Shown: positions 53,526 through 64,000 of the stretch, piece after piece | How the letters are laid out: each line of letters opens with the position of its first letter | Numbering within the stretch: the stretch's first letter is position 1 | Assembly: GCF_009914755.1 (NCBI RefSeq) | Contig: NC_060947.1 | DNA length: 64,000 nucleotides | Reading direction: 5' to 3' (one strand) | From: the human T2T-CHM13v2.0 reference genome, Homo sapiens | Position numbers and translations under genes: made by a program | The notes under the pieces: generated by a model | Seen by the model: only the letters and a program-made list of their open reading frames with translations | What the model was told of the DNA's origin: nothing | The model's database searches: none

Positions 53526-54159
53526 AAGACCATAGAATACTGATGAGAAACTTTGAGGTCTTAGTGTACTTCCTAGTTTCCCTAAAATCATCACCATAGG
53601 CAGCTTTCTACTCTGCTGAGGCAGGCTGGCTACCTTTTGTTTTTTTTTTTTGTTTTTTTGTTTTTTCCAAAAACAATCTCCTCCTCAGGCACTTTCATTG
53701 GTAAGCCTTGTTGCTAATTGAAAAAAAAAAAAAAAAAGAAAGAAAGAAGGAGCAAATCTTTCCTTTATTTCCAAGAAATAGGAGAGTTTATGAAGATGTG
53801 TGGTGTAGTAGATTATCAGAAAGGATAGACAGAGTTCCTGCTGAGCCCTATGTAATGGAACAGCCTATGAGGGTGGTGAAAAATGTGTTTTTGAGTGTTC
53901 CAAGACGGCCAAATAGGAACAGCTCTAGTCTACAACTCCCAGCATGAGCGACACAGAAGATGGGTGATTTCTGCATTTCCAACTGAGGTACTGGGTTCAT
54001 CTCACTGGGGTTCATCGGACAGTAGGGGCAGGATAGTGGGTGAAGCCCACTGAGTGTGAGCCGAAGCAGGGTGAGGCATTGCCTCACCCTGGAAGGGCAA
54101 GGGGTCAGGGAATTCCCTTTCCTAGCCAAGGGAAGGGGTGACAGATGGCACCTGGAAAA

Positions 54160-54342
54160 TCAGGTCACTCCCACCCTAATACTGCACTTTTCCAATGGTC
54201 TTAGCAAATGGCAGACCAGGAGATTATATCCCGTGCCTGGTTCAGAGGGTCCCATACCCACGAAGCCTCGCTCATTGCTAGCACAGCAGTCTGAGATCGA
54301 ACTGCAAGGTGGCAGCAAGGTTGGGGGAGGGGCGCCTGCCAT
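54160..54342 (-). pseudogene. L1 antisense ORF0 homolog, 60 codons then a premature TGA
   Basis: MAGAPPPTLLPPCSSISDCCASNERGFVGMGPSEPG...IRVGVT* matches primate L1 ORF0. Confidence 0.85.
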
Positions 54343-54913
54343 TGCTGAGGCTTGAGTAGGTAAACAAAGCTGCCAGGAAGCTCGAACTGGGTGAAGCCCA
54401 CCGCAGCTCAAGGAGGCCTGCCCGCCTCTGTAGACTCCACCTCTGGGGTCAGGGCATAGCCGAACAGAAGGCAACAGAAACCTCTGCAGACTTAAATGTC
54501 CCTGTCTGACAGCTTTGAAGAGAGTAGTGGTTCTCCCAGCACACAGCTTGAGATCTGAGAATGGACAGACTGCCTCCTCAAGTGGGCCCCTGATCCCCAA
54601 GTAGCCTAACTGGGAGGCACCCTCCAGTAGGGGCAGACTGAAACCTCACACAGCTGGGTACCCCTCTGAGACGAAACTTCCAGAGGAACAATCAGGCAGC
54701 AACATTTGCTGTTCAGCAATATTGACTGTTCTGCAGCCTCCACTGCTGATACCCAGGCAAACAGAGTCTGGAGTGGACCTCCAGCAAACTCCAACAGACC
54801 TGTAGCTGAGGGTCCTGTTAGAAGAAAAACCAACAAACAGAAAGGACATCCACACCAAAACCCCATCTGTATGTCACCATCATCAAAGACCAAAAGTAGA
54901 TAAAACCACAAAT

Positions 54914-55928
54914 GCGGGGACAAAACAGGGCAGAAAAGCTGAAAATTCTAAAAATCAGAGCACCTCTCCCCCTCCAAAGGAATGCAGCTCCTCCCCATCA
55001 ATGGAACAAAGCTGGATGGAGAATGACTTTGACGAGCTGAGAGAAGAAGGCTTCAGGTGATCAAACTTCTCCAAGCTAAAGGAGGAAGCTCAAACCCAAT
55101 GCAAAGAAGTTAAAACCTTGAAAAAAGATTAGACGAATGGCTAACTAGAATAACCAGTGTAGAGAAGTCCTTAAATGACCTGATGGAGCTGAAAACCATG
55201 GCACAAGATCTACTTGATGAATGCACAAGCTTCAGTAGCTGATTTGATCAACTGGAAGAAAGGCTATCAATGATTGAAGATCAAATGAATGAAATGAAGT
55301 GAGAAGAGAAGTTTAGAGAAAAAAGAATAAAAAGAAATGAACAAAGCCTCCAGGAAATATGCGACTATGTGAAAAGACCAAATCTACGTCTGATTGGTGT
55401 ACCTGAAAGTGACGGGAGAAAGGAACCAAGTTGGAAAACACTCTTCAGGATATGATCCAGGAGAACTTCCCCAACCTAGGAAGGCAGGCCAACATTCAAA
55501 TTCAGGAAATACAAAGAACGCCACAAATATCCTCCTCGAGAAGAGCAACTCCAAGACACATAATTGTCAGATTCACCAAAGTTGAAATGAAGGAAAAAAT
55601 GTTAAGGGCAGACAGAGAGAAAGGTCAGGTTACCCACAAAGGGAAGCTCATCAGACTAACAGCAGATCTCTCAGCAGAAACTCTACAAGTCAGAAGAGAG
55701 TGGAGGCCAATATTCACTGTTCTTAAAGAAAAGAATTTTCAACCCAGAATTTCATATCCAGCCAAACTAAGCTTCATAAGTGAAGGATAAATAAAATCCT
55801 TTACAGACAAGCAAATGCTGACAGATTTTGTCACAACCAGGCCTGCCCTATAAGAGCTCCTGAAGGAAGCACTAAACATGGAAAGGAACAACCAATATCA
55901 GCCACTGCAAAAACATGCCAAATTGTAA
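54914..55928 (+). pseudogene. L1 ORF1p relic
   Basis: Start ATG>GCG, internal stops and frameshifts; fragment ENTLQDMIQENFPNL...RLTADLSAETLQ. Confidence 0.93.
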
Positions 55929-55991
55929 AGACCTTCGAGGCTAGGAAGAAACTGCATCAACTAAAGAGCAAAATAACCAGCTAACATCATA

Positions 55992-59810
<3,819 letters not shown>

Positions 59811-60889
59811 ACAATGAGAACACTTGGACACAGGAAGGGCAACATCACACACCGGGGCCTGTTGTGGAGTGGGGTGGAGGGGGAGGGATAGCATTAGGAG
59901 ATATACCTAATGTAAATGACGAGTTACTGGGTGCAGCACACCAACATGGCACATGTATACATATGTAACAAACCTGCACGTTGTGCACATGTACCGTAGA
60001 ACTTAAAGTATATTAAAAATATATATATTAAAAAATAAATAAATATATAAAACTTTTTTTATCTATTTGCTTACTTGTTTTTCCTCATTTTTATACATGG
60101 ATATATGTAGCTTGTCATAAAAATAAACAGTATTTATATACATTACATTTTGCCTCCATCAGCTCTCTTGTATGGTTTAGAAGAAATGTGAGAGTGAGAT
60201 ATATGTACCATCTTTCTAAATTTCTCTTCATCCTTCCTATCTTCATCTAAGTAGCTCTCTAGATAAATTTGGCCCCAAGCTTATCACTAAACTAAGTTGA
60301 GATTTGGACAATTTCATTTGACCTTCATATTTTCAATATTCTAGAATCTCAATTACATTTCCTGTTTCTCTGAAACACTTTAAGATCCCTTTATATTTTG
60401 ACATTCATATGGAATTTTGCCTTTTTTAATTTCTTTTTTTTCCCTCATTACATTTGGTGTGATAATGTGACACATCACTAATTTCAACAGTAGTTTTAAT
60501 CAAACAATAGTATAAATGCTCACATTTTCATCTGCATTTTAAAATATCACTAAGTATTCATATCATGTATATATATTTATTCTGATAGTGCTAAGGAATG
60601 TAATTTCTGTTTTACTTGTACAGTCTGCTTTGGAGAAAATAACTAATTTACATCTTGAAATTATTATTATGTTAAAATGTTCCTGAGCAGAAATCAGATC
60701 CTGAATCATCAACAAAGTCTTTTGCCTGATCCTTTTTCTAAAAGTCACCTATCCTCCCATCCCCTTTAAAGGACTGTAGAAATCATTACACACTAGTAAG
60801 TTGCTGACCCAGGATTCTAGCTTGTGATGCTGAAATTGAGTAAAAAATCAAGTACTGATAACTGAGTTAATCATAGCATATCTGCAGCA

Positions 60890-61118
60890 TAGCATAGTGT
60901 TTAGGACAACAGGCACTAGCATCATACTGCTTGATTTCCTAATCCTGACTTATGGGCCAGGGGTCCTTGGAAACGTTACTTAATCTCTCTCAGCCTCCAT
61001 TTCTCCTCCTATAAAATAGAGATAATGCCAGTACATTTTTCAGAGGAATGATATGAAGATAAGTTGAATCATTGCTTGAAATATATTAAGGACTCAATAA
61101 ATATTATCAATTATTATT
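60890..61118 (+). mobile_element. MIR SINE
   Basis: gttacttaatctctctcagcctccatttctcctcctataaaatagagataat. Confidence 0.8.
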
Positions 61119-61285
61119 TAATGAACTGGTGGTTTGGGGTGTGGAGTTTTCAGGATATAGTTTAATAAACATTAGATTAAGAGGCCCTAATTAATCTAAT
61201 GACAGCTACATGACTGACAAAATGCTCTGACATTTACTTAACTGAGTACTGGATTCCACATATCAGTGCTAAATGCTACTGCATA

Positions 61286-61612
<327 letters not shown>

Positions 61613-61685
61613 TTATCTGGTTCAGTGTTACCCCCCCCGCCACACATGATCCTATGGGATAAGTATTAGCATGTCTATTTCATAA

Positions 61686-61950
61686 GCAGCATAGCATAGC
61701 AGTTAAGAACTCAGGCCCAGAATCAGACTTCCAGGATTTTAATTCTGGCTTTACCAGTTATTAGCCATGAAAGTTGGAGCAGGTCATTGAAATATTCAGA
61801 GCTTCAGTTCCTCCATCTATAAGGTGAGGAGCACTTTAAGAAAAAGCCTATGTCATATGATAACTATGAAGATTAAATGAGCTACTGCATATTAAGCTCT
61901 TAGCACAATGCCTGGAACAGAAGTGATCAAAAACTCTTAGCTGTTATTAT
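61686..61950 (+). mobile_element. MIR SINE
   Basis: gcttcagttcctccatctataagg...gattaaatgag...cttagcacaatgcctgg. Confidence 0.8.
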
Positions 61951-62331
61951 TGCTACTAGAATAGATGATAACAAGTATCTTGTCCTAGGCACAATGTTCC
62001 CTAATTTTCTATTTTATGTTTTTTGCATATTTCTGCTTAGGATGGTAATTCAATTATTTTTGCTTCATTTCAGTGAAGATTCTCATTGTTAAAATGTGTT
62101 GTGATCTCTGGCTGCTCTGTAAGGTCCTTGCTACTCAAAAAGACAATAATTTTTGGACAGATTTACATAGTTTAAGTTAAAAGTTGAACAAAGAGCAGGA
62201 GGGGATTCTTTCCCGGCATCACACAACATGTCAGCATATATGCAAGACTGAAAGGGAGATACCAGTAATTGGCTCTGTCGTTTACAGGAAGGGTATTTGC
62301 ATGATTTGTGAACTATCTTGTCTGTTTTTCT

Positions 62332-62678
<347 letters not shown>

Positions 62679-62898
62679 TAACAGTTATGAGTATAGAGCA
62701 TATATGGTCCAATATTCTGGCTAACCTTACTGAAAAGTGCAGTAAACTAGGAATGTGTTTTGTCCAACCCAGAGATGAGATGAACTTGATTCTTGGCAGT
62801 CCTCTGTGAAAAAATGGGAAGGTGACACGTAAATGGAAAAAGGCAAGCATCAAAATCCACATTCATGTGAAAATCTTTATTTTTATAATGTTAAACTA

Positions 62899-63209
62899 TT
62901 TGTTTGTTTGTTTGTTTGTTTATTTATTTATTTATTGAGACAGAGTCTCACTCTGTCACTCAAGCTGGAGTGCAGATCTCGGCTTACTGCAACCTCTGCG
63001 TCCCAGGTTCAAGTGATTCTCCTGCCTCAGCCTCCCGAGTAGCTGGGACTACAAGCATGTGCCACCACGCCTGGCTAATTTTTTATTTTTGGTAGAGATG
63101 AGGTTTCACCATGTTGGCCAGGCTGGTCTTCAACTCCTGACCACAGGTGATCTGCCTGCCTTGGCCTCCCAAAGTGCTGGGATTACAGGTGTGAGCCACC
63201 ACGCCCGTC
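62899..63209 (-). mobile_element. AluS (Sx-like) with (TTTG)n(TTTA)n tail
   Basis: Full dimer with a small deletion in the right arm. Confidence 0.95.
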
Positions 63210-63427
63210 ATGAGAAAATATTTCTATGGAGATAACAAAGGAGCTCCAAGCAAAGATCTCCTCTGAACAGCCTTGAATACCCTTGATGAGATATACCCTC
63301 TAAATTTGACAGACAAAATTTTTTTAAATTTATTTTGATGAGAAAAAAAGATCATTTGAATCCTGAGATTTCACTTCAGTAGTAAAGTGGTACCAAACCA
63401 ACGTGAGTTTTTGTTTTATGTAGGCTA

Positions 63428-63787
<360 letters not shown>

Positions 63788-64000
63788 TCAAAAAGGTCAT
63801 GACAGACATCTTAGCAAGAATACTAAATTTTGTGAAACATCCCCGGAAAACAATATGAGAGAAAGTGGCTAAGCATAATGCCTCTTTACTGTATTCTAAA
63901 CCTTGCACCATTTACATTGTATTTAAATTGTCCTGGGAGAAAGCTGTATAAAAGTTTCCACACTAAATAAAAATGCAAGATAATTAGTTTATATTTGTGT

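Overview
Repeat-dense genomic DNA from a catarrhine primate, probably human or ape (AluY, AluS, AluJ, L1PA5, MIR, L2, MaLR/ERVL LTRs and MER DNA transposons are present). I find no supportable host protein-coding exon, RNA gene or CRISPR array. The only recognisable coding sequences are disrupted LINE-1 ORFs in two full-length elements: an L1PA11-13-like copy (~31815-38529) and an L1PA5-like copy (~53893-60050). Two nested ancient L1M complexes occupy ~8.8-14 kb and ~44-53.5 kb. I cannot support a new multi-gene system. The best leads are: (1) an AluY whose non-CpG changes are mostly sense-strand A>G at positions I recall as ADAR hotspots, possibly an edited RNA fixed by retrotransposition; (2) a CpG-retaining, non-repeat homeodomain-site cluster at 670-1075 that looks like a developmental enhancer; (3) a 202-bp tandem duplication and a TSD-enclosed non-L1 3' segment in the older L1; (4) an Alu with J-type and S-type arms. 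Subfamily names come from remembered consensus sequences, and boundaries of old repeats are approximate. Both need RepeatMasker/Dfam confirmation.
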